Positions 37,389 through 49,084 of a stretch of 64,000 nucleotides of DNA are shown in pieces. Made by a program: the position numbers and the translations under genes. The first letter of the stretch is position 1, and every line of letters starts with the position of its first letter. This DNA comes from Ramazzottius varieornatus (lineage: Eukaryota > Animalia > Tardigrada), in the NCBI GenBank assembly GCA_001949185.1, contig BDGG01000002.1, positions 1,447,145 through 1,511,144 of the forward strand. The letters run 5' to 3'. The notes under the pieces were generated by a model. It was not told the origin of the DNA. It saw nothing but the letters and a program-made list of their open reading frames with translations, and made no database searches.

Positions 37389-40300
37389 TTACATCATAAC
37401 AGAAGGACCAATAGGTCGTGAAGTGGCGTTTGTCGGCGACACAATGGTGCTAACGTTCAAGCTATTCACGCTCTTCGCCACATTGGATAAATTAGTTAAA
37501 AGGTTGGCCAAGCCAGCACCGGATATGACCACCGTAGCCGGAGTCTTGAAAGTGACCGGCGCCAGGACCGGCGCGCTGGTTGTTGCCGAAGTAACTTTAG
37601 CGGTGGTAGCTGGCGAAGCGTTTGTTACCGCGTTCTGCAAAGCTTGACTAAAGTCGCTCCCAGACACCGGAACTCTAAGTGCGGAAGGATATAGCAAGAC
37701 ATTTCGGAACGTGGACGAGGATGACGGCGCTTCGGTGTACAGCTTCGAATCCTTGTAGCGTCGACGTAGAATACCGAGTATAGATGGATTACCCTGGTTC
37801 GGGTTGAGTCGTACTATCACTTTGTTGTTCTGACGCAAAGTGGCAGAAATACCACCGTCATCCGAAGACTGATCAGGCTCGACTGACAAAGGTCTAACCT
37901 GGGTCGTGTTGTCAGTCATGGTACCTCTTCTTTGCTGGAACGTTACTGGTCGACCTGACACTGTAGTTGAAGGAGGTGTAGTCGCGCTTACGCTGATGGA
38001 TGTGGGTCTCGTCGACTCAGCGCTGATCATCGGTAAGGTCGTTTTGACCGTTGTTTTACTTGGTGAGATTGGCGATGAAACTGTCCGTGGCGTTGGGGAA
38101 CTTCGGGTAGAAGTTATAGGTACCGCTGTTGAAGCTGGCGTTGGAGACGGCGTTGACGAAGATGACGTCAATGTGGGTAATGAAGTTGTGGGCCTTCTCC
38201 GGACTACCCCGTCTCCAGTAAGCACGACTTTGAGTAAAGCTGACGAAGATTCATTGTTGAAGTCTGAAGACGACTTATTGTTCACTATGACGTCAGGGAG
38301 CGTCAGTGCTTTGATTAAGGCTCCGGAAGAGGATTGGCCAGCGTTATCGTCCGTGTCTGTTCGTTCCTGGAAAAACGCTTGAGCAGCCTTTTGCTTCTGA
38401 GTCAAGGGTGGAGCGGGTTTGGGCAGGAAGACTATGGGTGGAGAGAATTGGAAACGAGGAGACGATGTGGCCGTGGTACTGGTGGAAGTTGTCGAAGGTG
38501 TGGAGGTGGAGAGCGTTACGGAGGTCTTTGGTAAGGTGGTCAACGGTGAGGACGGTGCTTGAAGGAGGCGAGTAGTGGCAAAGGTTGTGCTGGCAAGAGA
38601 CGGAGGACTGGTGTCGGCGTTGGCGGCTGGCAGGTAGGCACCGCGTGTGTAGGACTGAATCCAGTCGTAATAGAAGCCGACATTGGTGAAGAGGGTGGGT
38701 GCGGAAACTTGTCGGCAGCGGTTGACACCGACACCGACGATACCGCTTAGCTCCCAGTTACCGTACTTGCTCTGACATACTAACGGTGATCCGCCGTCGC
38801 GCTGTAAGGGGAGGAAACACTTCTTGTTGGTGAAATGATCGTAGAAAAACGGCTGTGGAATCAAGCATCCTCGGGAAGACTGGTCATTATCTGTCTACTA
38901 GACGGTCAATCGCACAGAAACCCGCGATTTTTTGTCATAAATTTGTCATTAATCTAATATGGTACAATGCTGAACCAAAAGCAAGTTCTGAATGGTGATC
39001 ATCTTGAAGGCCCGGCTAGGAATACAGGACTTACGTCGCATGTTCCACCTGGCTGCTCCTTGTCAGCGCTGTCGGCGCACAACATTGTGCTGGGCATCTC
39101 GTAGTTTTTCAGTCCCAATTGCTGGAAGGATTTCAGGCAGTCCAGCGGATATGGTATGTTCATCTCCAATTTCTGCAGCGTCGAGGCCACACCTGTAGTC
39201 CCCAAAGACATGTATTATAAAAGCTCCCTCTAATTCTGCCAGCCACTTCGACGACAGTTTCGTACTTTGCTTGGCCGTAGCTCCCCAGCCAGATGTAAAA
39301 CATTGTCCCTTCCACGGTTGATACGGGTTAGCCGGGTTGGGACTGAGACAAATGGGACAAATGTTGGGCGTGGCGCATGAGAGAGGATCGAAGCGGATAA
39401 TGGCGATATTGTTGTCGTATGTCTTGTCGTTGTAACCGCTGTGGAAGGCCATCTCGTTGGGAACCCGCAAGACTGGGATCTCGTCACTGTCCCAGCTGGT
39501 CGAAGCGGATTGGTTGGCGCCACTGCCTTGTTGTAGCAGGTCTGTCACTTGTTCCATATCTCGGAATCCGAATGCAACAAAAATGACAAAGTTGACGTCG
39601 GTGATGAAGGGCTGTAGGACGTGAGCGGCGGTTAGAGCCATGTCGTTCGCTATTGAAAGAGAGCCTCGTCAACTGCTTAACGGTAAGCGCACGGGATAAA
39701 ATAACCCTTCTGAATAAAGCTGTTATCTGTATCAATGTAGGTTCGAACTAAAGGAAGATTTTCCAAACCGATTGAGCGACTTTAAGTCAAATCAACTTCA
39801 TTATTTCATTTGCTTCCTACCGACAAGAGAAGCTCCTCCGATGTATATTGGCGTTGCTGTGGCCGAACTGTTTTGCAGCAGATTGGTATCCAATATAAAT
39901 ACACCACCCTGAACAAAATCACAATATTCTGATTTATGACGGAACAATTGTTTCATCAGTTTACGATACTGACTTATCGAATGAGGGAACTTTGACAAGG
40001 TCGAAAAAGAATGTCGGTACTGCTGACCTGCCAGCAGACTTGATACTTGTCGACGTCAGTGCCATTGACGATCCGTCCACTGCGTTCTTGCGCTTGTGAC
40101 TGCGCAGCTTGGCCGGAAGTGAGCGCTGACCAGTCATAACTGCTGTCCAAATTAATCTTACTTCCGGTCTGATCCTCCTTGGTAGTCGCATGACCAGCGA
40201 TGCCACAACTCTTACTGCACGAGCCACTGCTCACATCAGGCGAGCTCAAGGTTATACAGCAGAACTCGCTGCTGGTGCAATCTCCACGATTCTGATTGGG

Positions 40301-40459
40301 GGCAAAGTACCAAGGATAACCGTTGCGAAAGACACACGTGTATACATTGGAAGCACACTTGCCGCCGCGTCCACCTGGTCCAATACAGGATTGTCCTTGG
40401 GCTGTGGCACACAAAAGCAGTAACCAAGGAAGAAGACAGTAGAGAAAATGGAACGGCAT
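37389..40459 (-). CDS. Secreted trypsin-fold serine protease homolog (non-catalytic) with Cys-rich N-terminal module and mucin-like Ser/Thr tail
   Basis: Signal peptide MPFHFLYCLLPWLLLLCATAQG; RIVNG; LTAAHV; DNNIAII; GWG; RDGGSPLVC in place of GDSGGP; tail of ~430 aa rich in S/T/P. Confidence 0.88.
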
Positions 40460-41241
40460 GTTGCTTTCTGTATCAGCTGTGGTACTAGCGCAAAGCTGAT
40501 CACTTCTTACTATTGACATACAGTACGGAAGAACAGAAGGGTGGCCAGCGTTAAGAAGAACTTAGCGGTTCAGACAAGGAAGCATCTCTAAAAATCACCT
40601 GCGAGAGAAAAAGCGAGGATTGGGTGGATTCCTAGCCGGTCATCTACCGCTCGACACGTGCAGATACAGATATACCGGTCTTTTCGCTGCTCCTAACCTC
40701 AGTGAAATACAGTAACATAATACTGAAGGCAGAATAATTGTAAGTAGTTCCGCCGGAAGACAAAAGCACATCAACTGTACAACGCCAATTTCTAACGCCT
40801 CCGATACAAGTCATATGCGTTTTCGTCGTGTTTTCGTCGAATGTTGTTCGTACTGCTCAAAATATTTAGACAGTACAAAATTTCGTACGAGGTGACCGTA
40901 GAAGTAAATCAAGTAAGATGCTTTATGATTAGCGCAAAATAATAACCAGCCTTACCTCTAATACAGATGTGCGAGCGACAAAAAATACGTACGTAAGTTG
41001 AAGACAGCTGAATAAATATTGACAAAAGGTGCAGACAGAAACTGATATGGAGGAGGAAGGAATTGAATGGGGGAATATTCGCAGCGACAGATGGATGCAC
41101 AATCAAAACCGGCGGGATTACATAGCCACCTCAGTGGTCGCGCAAGGGGAAAGTCAAACTCAGAACACACTGGAAAGGAAAGCAGGTCAGTGACGTAGTA
41201 TTGCTTCGGTACTGACTAGCGGGCCCGCTGACATCACGCCT

Positions 41242-41985
41242 TCACATCTTGTTAGCCAGCGCCCCAATGGCCTCCTGTCCGCCATTGCGTAGATCCTCAG
41301 GATAGTACGGTCTATCAATGTAGCCAATCTTCTCCACAGCAAACCCAGCCTTTTGCACTTCCCTTCCCAGGACATCGGTATCGTACAGCATTAGCGACTC
41401 GGGCATGTGTTGTTTGCGTTGGGTCGTCAGATCCTTTACTTTGACAAAGCCTGGCCATTCCTCGTTCTTGCCTTTGCGCTCCAGATACTTATCGAAGAGC
41501 ACCTTGTGACTGCCAAGATGGACCGATTCGGCGGTGACGCACAGCAGTCCTCCAGGCTTCAACCACTTGTGGAACTTACCCAGGATAGTGCGCAGCTCGT
41601 CCCCAGTCAAGAAGTGAATCCAACGACAGGCCAGAATACCGTCCAGTGAGTTCTCGGCAATGGACTCAATCTCTAACACGTTTCCGGGAAGGAGCTCAAG
41701 GTGTGTGCGATCTTCTTCACTGACAGTATCCCACAATTCGTGCAGTTGACTTTCTGACAGGTCGTTGGCGATGACTTGCGCACCTGACTTGAGCAGTTCT
41801 TTCGAGGTATACCCGTAGGCCACACCGAAATCCGCCACGCGTGCTGCCTTGGGACAAGCTTTAACGTAATCGAAGAAACTTTGAACGTACTCGTCGATCG
41901 ACTGAATCATGAAGCCTTTCTTGTTGTTTGTCAGGAGGAAGGTGGGCTTGGCGTGCACGGTGGTGGCTGTCATCGTTCCAGCCAT
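41242..41985 (-). CDS. Class I SAM-dependent methyltransferase, intronless CDS, bacterial-like
   Basis: VADFGVAYGYTS (motif I), VIANDLS, LDGILACRWIHFL, LKPGG. Probable 5'UTR intron ~42037-42195. Confidence 0.88.
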   Translation of the reverse strand: MAGTMTATTVHAKPTFLLTNNKKGFMIQSIDEYVQSFFDYVKACPKAARVADFGVAYGYTSKELLKSGAQVIANDLSESQLHELWDTVSEEDRTHLELLPGNVLEIESIAENSLDGILACRWIHFLTGDELRTILGKFHKWLKPGGLLCVTAESVHLGSHKVLFDKYLERKGKNEEWPGFVKVKDLTTQRKQHMPESLMLYDTDVLGREVQKAGFAVEKIGYIDRPYYPEDLRNGGQEAIGALANKM

Positions 41986-42744
41986 CGCTGAGCAGCGGCA
42001 GCGGATCCGCAAGTCCAGCGACAGCTTTATTGAAAACCTGGACACAAAATGGCGGAGTTGATTCAAGAATCCGCTTGGCTTCAAGGTTCAGTCAGAATAC
42101 AATTAGAGTACGGGGATTGCACTCGAAATTTTCATGTTTCTGCTCACATTGTTGGCGAGAAATCTTCAAGAAAATCGAGACGGGGGACGACTTACCGGAA
42201 ATTCCCGACGTATACTGTCGCTGTCCGAATTTCTTCTGTATGATCGATCGCGAGGAAGAAATCTTTTTGCCTTTGTGAATCAGGTTACAGGCTGGTCCTC
42301 AGACACCTAAGCAAAAGGAAGCTTGCGGACGGAAAATTAAGGAATGACGAGGGAGCTACTGTAAATAAACATTTAATGAACAACACGGAGGCGTACTCAC
42401 GCAGCGATGCTATCGTCAGAATTACAGCTAGATTGCTCGTCTTATCGTCCACTTTTAATCTCCTCGCGACGGTCTTTCCGTCGAGATAGTGCCACACACT
42501 CCTTCGAGAACCAATGAACATTCTTTGCCAGTCATTACTATCACATGATGGAAGTTGTATTCTTAGCTCGAGGTGCTGCCGTTCGATGACGACGATTTTC
42601 TCGATGAATCAGCTAATAAAATAGCCTTCGTCTGATTACCCCATAGAGGAAAAAGCCTGACCGAAGCGGACTTGAAAACATGGAAATCAATGAGGTCTAT
42701 GTCCAAATTTCAAATATCTAACTTTTGCTGGCGTCGAGAAACCT

Positions 42745-42850
42745 GGGAACTGCCAAATAAATTCGCTCGACCGTATTATCTCAAGTGGTGCAAGGTTACG
42801 GTGTAACTGGCTCAAAGCGTGCGCCACTTCAGAAAAGGGATCTCGGCTTA
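42745..42850. repeat. Palindromic repeat family, single-unit copy
   Basis: AAGTGGTGCAA at 42783, 25-nt spacer, then GTGCGCCACTT. Confidence 0.75.
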
Positions 42851-43254
42851 TTCATTTTACAGTACGACCTCCCGCCTTTCGGAAAGAAGAAAAGAAACCC
42901 TGTCCTGTCAGTGGTCTCCATTAGCTCTTTTTACTGGAAAACAAAGAGATAACAAACATCCTCTTTGCAACAACGCCATTGTAAAATTGGTCAGCGACGA
43001 AGGGTCAAACAATAAGGAAGTAGGGGTACGCTACACAGGAAAAGCTGTTTCTCATGTTTGAAGGAGATCAAGGCCGTATCTCGCAGAACTTAACTCAAAT
43101 AAGTTTAGATAGACGAAGACCGAGAAGAGGGGGTAAAAACACACGCTCGGTCAGTACAGTACAAACTAAAAAGAAACAAAAAAACAATTCAGAAAACGCT
43201 CAAACCAGGAAGCTTCAAGAACGATTTCCCCAATAATCTGCGTTCGGACTTCAG

Positions 43255-44951
43255 TTAACTTTCGCGGTGAGCAGTAAGTTCTACTGCTATGGTAACGTCC
43301 AACCTGTCCGCTGCGGAATGCCAGGACTCGTTGTCCGAGGAGGAAGGACTCGAAGGCCCGTTGAGCGCAGGCAGGATGGACGACGGTAAGTCCGCCAACT
43401 GACCGCTATCTCCTTCCAGCCTTGCTAAACATGGGATGGCACAACCTGGTCTCACCTGCTCTGGGGTCGCCTGGCTATTTTCTGGTACTGTTACTTCTGA
43501 GTCTTCGTACGTGGGACTGACTGGAAGAAGTTGAGAGAGAGAGGGAAAGAGCGGTTGGGTGGAAGGCAGCTCGCTTTGCGAGGAAGAAGGCAGAGATTGA
43601 GTTGACTGACTCGACTGAATCAACTCGCTTGACTGAGTATTCTGACTGGGTCGAGCGAACTGGGCAGAGCGAGTTGATTTGCTGGAGGCTGTTGATTGAC
43701 CGGAAGGCGATTTTGTGGCTTTTCGGGCAGACCGCTGCAGCGAAACCTCCACCTTGTGCTTCCATTCTTCAGCAATATTCTGAGAAGAAACTGAACACGG
43801 TGAGGAACAGACAAGAGGAGCTAAGGTAAGATGCCTGTAAACTTTCATACTTGGGAGATAAGTGGTTGACTGAGGCTCAACCGCTGCTGCGTTGGCTCTT
43901 CCGCCTCCAAGCTACGCAAGGCAATCTTCTTCCGAGGTGTTGGAGAAGGCTGGGAAGAGGTAGACGGCTGACTGGGTTCGTCCGAGACCTGGTCGATTTG
44001 CGAAGAGCTAAACCATCCGGTCAGCGCATCCATCACATCGTCCGAACAGTGTCTGGATGCTTTCTTTCTGGGTGTACTGACAGAACGTCGAGCTGTCTTC
44101 CTTCTGTTATCTACCTGAGAAGTCACTTCTCTGTGCAGCGTTACTTCCTTGTAAGGAATAGCCCAAGGTTGTGTGATGATCCTGATTGGTGAGTCGTCAT
44201 CGAACTTCAAAGAGAAAGAAGAAAGTTTCTCGTAGTGCACAGCATCCTTCATGCCCAATCCAAAACGCACCCATGACGTCAAAAATGCGGTTGCAAGACT
44301 TGACATTAGTGACGTCACGTGCCAACTGGACAAAGTATCGTATCAAACCGGAAGTCGTTACTGTAACCTTGTAACCTACAGATCTGCTGTCCCGAGACAC
44401 CGATCTTGGCGCTTTTCTTTGACAGACATCTTGTGAGATTTTCTTCACTGACTTCCTAGGCCGCTTCTGTGCCGTCGGTGTTGTGGGAAGAGAAGTTGTT
44501 GGCGCGGAGTGGAATGGTTCAGGCTCGAAGCGTCGAGGCGATTGTATCGACTGACGACTGCGGAGAAGCCTGCCGCTTCTGCTCGAGCGTGCATCGTGCG
44601 AAGATGTCTTCTTCCGGAAGGTCGATCCTGCGACAATACAAAACAAACTCTACCAGAACTGGATGGCACTATCAGGATTCAACAGCGTACTTGCAGCTGG
44701 CTTCTTCACAGTTTCAACATCTGCTGCCAAAATAACCGTCGCCAACTTCAAAACTTTCCGCGGCTGGGACTTCGCGTTCTTCGCGACTCCATCCAACTTC
44801 AGTGTTGATCGAGTACGAAAAGAATAACGCTGCGGCTTAGGAGAATCTGGTCCATCCAACGATACTCTAAGGAGAAAGATAAGATCCGCGAACCTCAGAC
44901 AGGAATTCCCTCAATTCGGGCTTATTCGTACTGTTTCAGCGTTTCCGCCAT
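43255..44951 (-). CDS. Uncharacterised basic, Ser-rich disordered protein with an SQ/TQ cluster; about 5 exons; 3' end uncertain
   Basis: Successive minus-strand ORFs (44650-44859, 44197-44646, 43845-44333, 43255-43848) link through short GT-AG introns starting from ATG 44951. No recognisable domain. Confidence 0.65.
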
Positions 44952-45879
44952 CTCCTTTGCTTCGTCGATCTCACTTCACCAGAGCTGCCAACAGTCCATC
45001 GACCGCATAACGCTGCTGAGATCCGTGACAACAATTAACAAAAATAAGTCAAAATCATGCACATATCCTTTCTCATTGTCCAACAAGACACCTCAGGTGC
45101 CCAGTGCAATCCCCAGTCATCCTACGACTGAAAAACACAACCCTACTTGCAGAATGCAGATGACAGATAAGCGACAGGGAACTGATATCATTCTCGTAAC
45201 TTATAAAGAAGAAATATGACTCTATTGCAGCTTACCTCAGCTCGTCAGTCTTCATATGCCTTCCGCAACCACTGCATCCGACGGGTGTACGGAACAAGGA
45301 GCATCAGCCTGTTCAGTGGCTCATTGCAGATCCAAACAGACTCAGGGATATGGTTACAGTCTTCTAAGATATTAGAATTTAGAACGCGAAAGTCTCGGAA
45401 GTTTAGATTCACTTGGAAAATCGGGAAAAAAGGTCTGCACTCTGCAGATCGCAAACTTGCAGTTGAATATTCATTCGGACCCCCATGAGGTTTCCCAGCC
45501 CAGGGTGTTCCCAGCCTATCCCAGTATCCAGCATGGAAAGTTGGAAACCGTCGGACTGGACCGGGAGTCGGACGGGAACCCGACAGTAGAACTGACGTGA
45601 GCACAAGGGTCTGGGGCCTCTGGGCACTAGCCAGATCACCCCAGATGCGGTGTGTAACAGTGTACCCCCCTCCCCCCAAAACCTCCGGGCTCCGAAAATT
45701 TCTATCGCGCTTTTACGATTGTCGTTCAGCCGTTGGCACGGTTGGCCGACAGAATTTTCTCTTCTGAACTCAATCGAGATGCATTTTTCGTGGATACTAC
45801 AGAGGAGTGTACTGTAGTTGATGTGTAGGAGTATCCCGCAGTTCCTCAAAGATATCCTGGGAGCGGAAGCCTGCTGGGA

Positions 45880-47767
45880 ATGGAGAGCGCGGAGAACAAG
45901 CTGGAGTACCTGTCCATCTCGGACAAGAAGCCGTTCTGCTCGTCAAACCAGTAGGCCAGAAATGCTTTGCTGAAATGCTCTTTGTTCAGTGCTCATAACT
46001 GTTTTTCCCTTCTCAGATCGTTGGTGGAGAGAGGGAAGGAGAATCATACCTCAAAATTTTACACACCGCAAGTGAACGCGACGACGAAGTACGAAAGAAT
46101 CCAGAAGACGACCACTACAACGACCACGACAGTTTTTACTCCTGATGCCATTTCTACTGCCACGAGACCTGTCCGGAAATGGTCAGCTGATGACTTTGAT
46201 ATTGGAAAACCGTTGGGTAAACGCTACGAGATTTTTCTGAACTTCAAAAACTTCCACAGAAATATTGTCTGAATTTTTTGAGGATATATTCGAATGTTGC
46301 GCTTCGAAAAATCCATTCTTGCGTTCGAATAATTTTTTGCTTCTGCAGGTAAGGGAAAGTTCGGAAGAGTGTACTTGGCAAGAGAAAAGCGTTCGCAGTA
46401 TATCGTGGCGTTGAAAGTTCTCTTCAAGGATGAGCTACAAGCCGCCAAGCAAGAAAACATGCTTCGTCGTGAGATTGAAATTCAGGCACGTCTCCGTCAC
46501 AAGAATATCCTGACAATGTATGGGTACTTCTGGGACGAGACCAGAGTCTACCTCATCCTGGAGTTTGCAGCTTGCGGGGAGCTGTTCAAGAAACTGCGCG
46601 AAGTGGCGCGCTTCGAAGAAGCTGAGGCTCTGACGGTTTGTTTCTTCGTATATTGAACTTGCCTCGGCCCTCGGTCAACTAAGAATAGTTTCCCTGTTTA
46701 CAGTATATCGCAGAGCTGACGGATGCCTTACTGTATTGTCACGAGAAGAGTATCATCCATCGAGATATCAAGCCGGAAAATCTACTTCTGGGAGGTAGGC
46801 CGAGAAGATGCCAGTTTAGCAGACTTTTTATTCCACTTCCGGTTGCACTAATCATGCGTCACTTGATCGAGGTGTCGTTGTGGTGGACTGTTGAGGTCAA
46901 ATTCCTGTACTGTAGCACCCGGTGGCGCCACAAGTGCCAGTTTCCGTTGTTCGTTTCTTGTTTAGCTCCTCTTCTTTCATGTACCTCACATTCGAACTCT
47001 TGGCTTGGTCAACTACGCTTTCGCTCTCATCGCTTAACGTTTTTATTAAGGTTTTGGCGAACTGAAGTTGGCTGATTTCGGATGGTCCGTCCATGCTCCA
47101 CATCAGATGCGAAGGTGAGATGCTATGAGAACGTTTCTAGTCTTTCCTCAAGCGGTTATTTCCCAGATTAACCAAACAGTCACATTGGAGCTATAAATAC
47201 TTCTTCTGCAAGGCAAAAAAATTGTTCAGTCTTTTGAGAATCATGTGGGTGCCCTCCAAACAACTCGACCAGCCAGTTTCCCAGATGGCGCACGTGTGCG
47301 GGGTTATTGTATTGGAGCGTGCGTCACTTGAGAAAACGATCTTATCGCGTTCAGTTGCCCACGTCCTGTGTTTAGGTTTTGAGTCAGGATAACTGATTTG
47401 GAGATGTTGAAGAATTTACTGACTATGATTTCTTGGCAGGACAATGTGTGGTACACCGGACTACCTGCCACCGGAAATGCTGACCGGGGGACATCACGAC
47501 CGCACTGTGGACATTTGGTGTGCGGGTGTCCTACTATTTGAGCTGATGGTGGGCCACGCACCTTTCGAAGCTAAAAGTCAAGAACTTCTTTTCCAGAACA
47601 TCAAGAACCTGCGCTACCGGATCCCCAGCTTCATCTCCTCAAAGTCAACCGGCTTGATCAAAGCTATGCTGGCTTTGGACCCGAAAAAGCGTCTTCCGCT
47701 AGAGTCAATTGCGAAAAACGAATGGATCCAGTCCCAACGCCTTCCGCGCGATAAACTAGTCTGTTAG
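45880..47767 (+). CDS. Aurora kinase (Aurora-A-like Gly in LTMYGYFW), 6 exons
   Basis: KEN box, [62 protein letters not shown]. Confidence 0.95.
47255..47365. repeat. Palindromic repeat family copy in an Aurora intron
   Basis: AGATGGCGCAC at 47283, 25-nt spacer, then GTGCGTCACTTGAGAAAACGATCTT. Confidence 0.75.
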
Positions 47768-49084
47768 AATACTCTATCTTCAGTATCTTGTTTGCCTTCC
47801 TTCTTTCTATCCACTATCTGAATATTTTTTTGTATGCCTGATGTACTCAGCCTGATTGAATGCCGATTTTGTTTTCTGTGTCTTTGACAGTCAAGCCCAT
47901 AGGTCGAAATCTCGATTATTCTGACTCCATGAGCGCCGATCGGTGCGCCTTCTGGTGTAATGAACCTCTCATAAATTCTTGTGCGAGCTGCTCTATAGAC
48001 TTTTCTTAGTGAGATAGGCTAGCAAGAAGAGACATGGAAGAAGTTTTGAATATTGAACAATGAGGAAGAATGCGGCCAAAGCTTCGAGAGGTTTTCTTTG
48101 ATGACTACATGCCTCTTCGAAGTGTTCGCCCAGATATTCCAGAGGTCGATACGGCGCTCGAGCAGAGCAAGAAATCGGATTAGCGTAGGAATGAGCCAAT
48201 TGAAAGGGAGCACGTGGGCGGAGCCGAACCGACGGAACCCACTAATGTGCTCGGTGCTTAATTCCCGAGTAAGACAATATGGGCCATTACTCGAGTGCGT
48301 AAGAAATCCCAGTAACGTTCCAACTAAGCTTTTCTGTAGCTTTTCTGTGACTTTGTTAACCTAGAAAACAACGAAAATCTCAGTTTGACTATGGGTGTAA
48401 CTGTGGCTTTCGAAAATTCGATGAGACTGCAACTTCAACTGTGACTTTTGCCACAACAAGAACTGTGTCTCTAACTGTGGCTTTTGCCACTTTCTGGATT
48501 TTACTTTGCCTTTAACTGCTGCTTTTCGTATCAAGATTCACTTGAGCTTTAAGCAGTCGAAACTGGAAATCACGTTTTCCGTTGCCGTATCAGAACTGGA
48601 ACATCGTGTGATTTGACATCGCATCTTAACCAAAAGTCATTAATTAAGAAAATTGATGGAGGTTTTGCAAAACCTTCTGGAGAAGTTACGCTAATCGGCT
48701 GGATCGTGTAGCGCGCCTCAACCTCAGCCGATTAGAGTAAGGAATGGGAGGGGCCAAAGTCTTACGCTACTCGGACTTCTTGCGCTGCTCGAGTTCCGTA
48801 TCAACCTCTCTATTTAATTCTCTCGTGCAGTACTGAACCAAACAAGCTGGCCTTTGGACTGCTGGCCAACAGGGTATAGAAAGAAGATGGACAGAGATTA
48901 GAGAGGCTTCTTCGGGCGTAATACGGATGTTCGTAAGTGTAACGACATGGCAGGACATGCTGGTTCGTGTACTTTGACTGCATCGGCTGTAGTTCATCGA
49001 GGATGAGACTTTCTTCTGATTTCTAGCCGGTCTTTCATATTTTGTCTGTCTTAGTTAATTTTTTAGATTTTTCTGAAAGACAAA

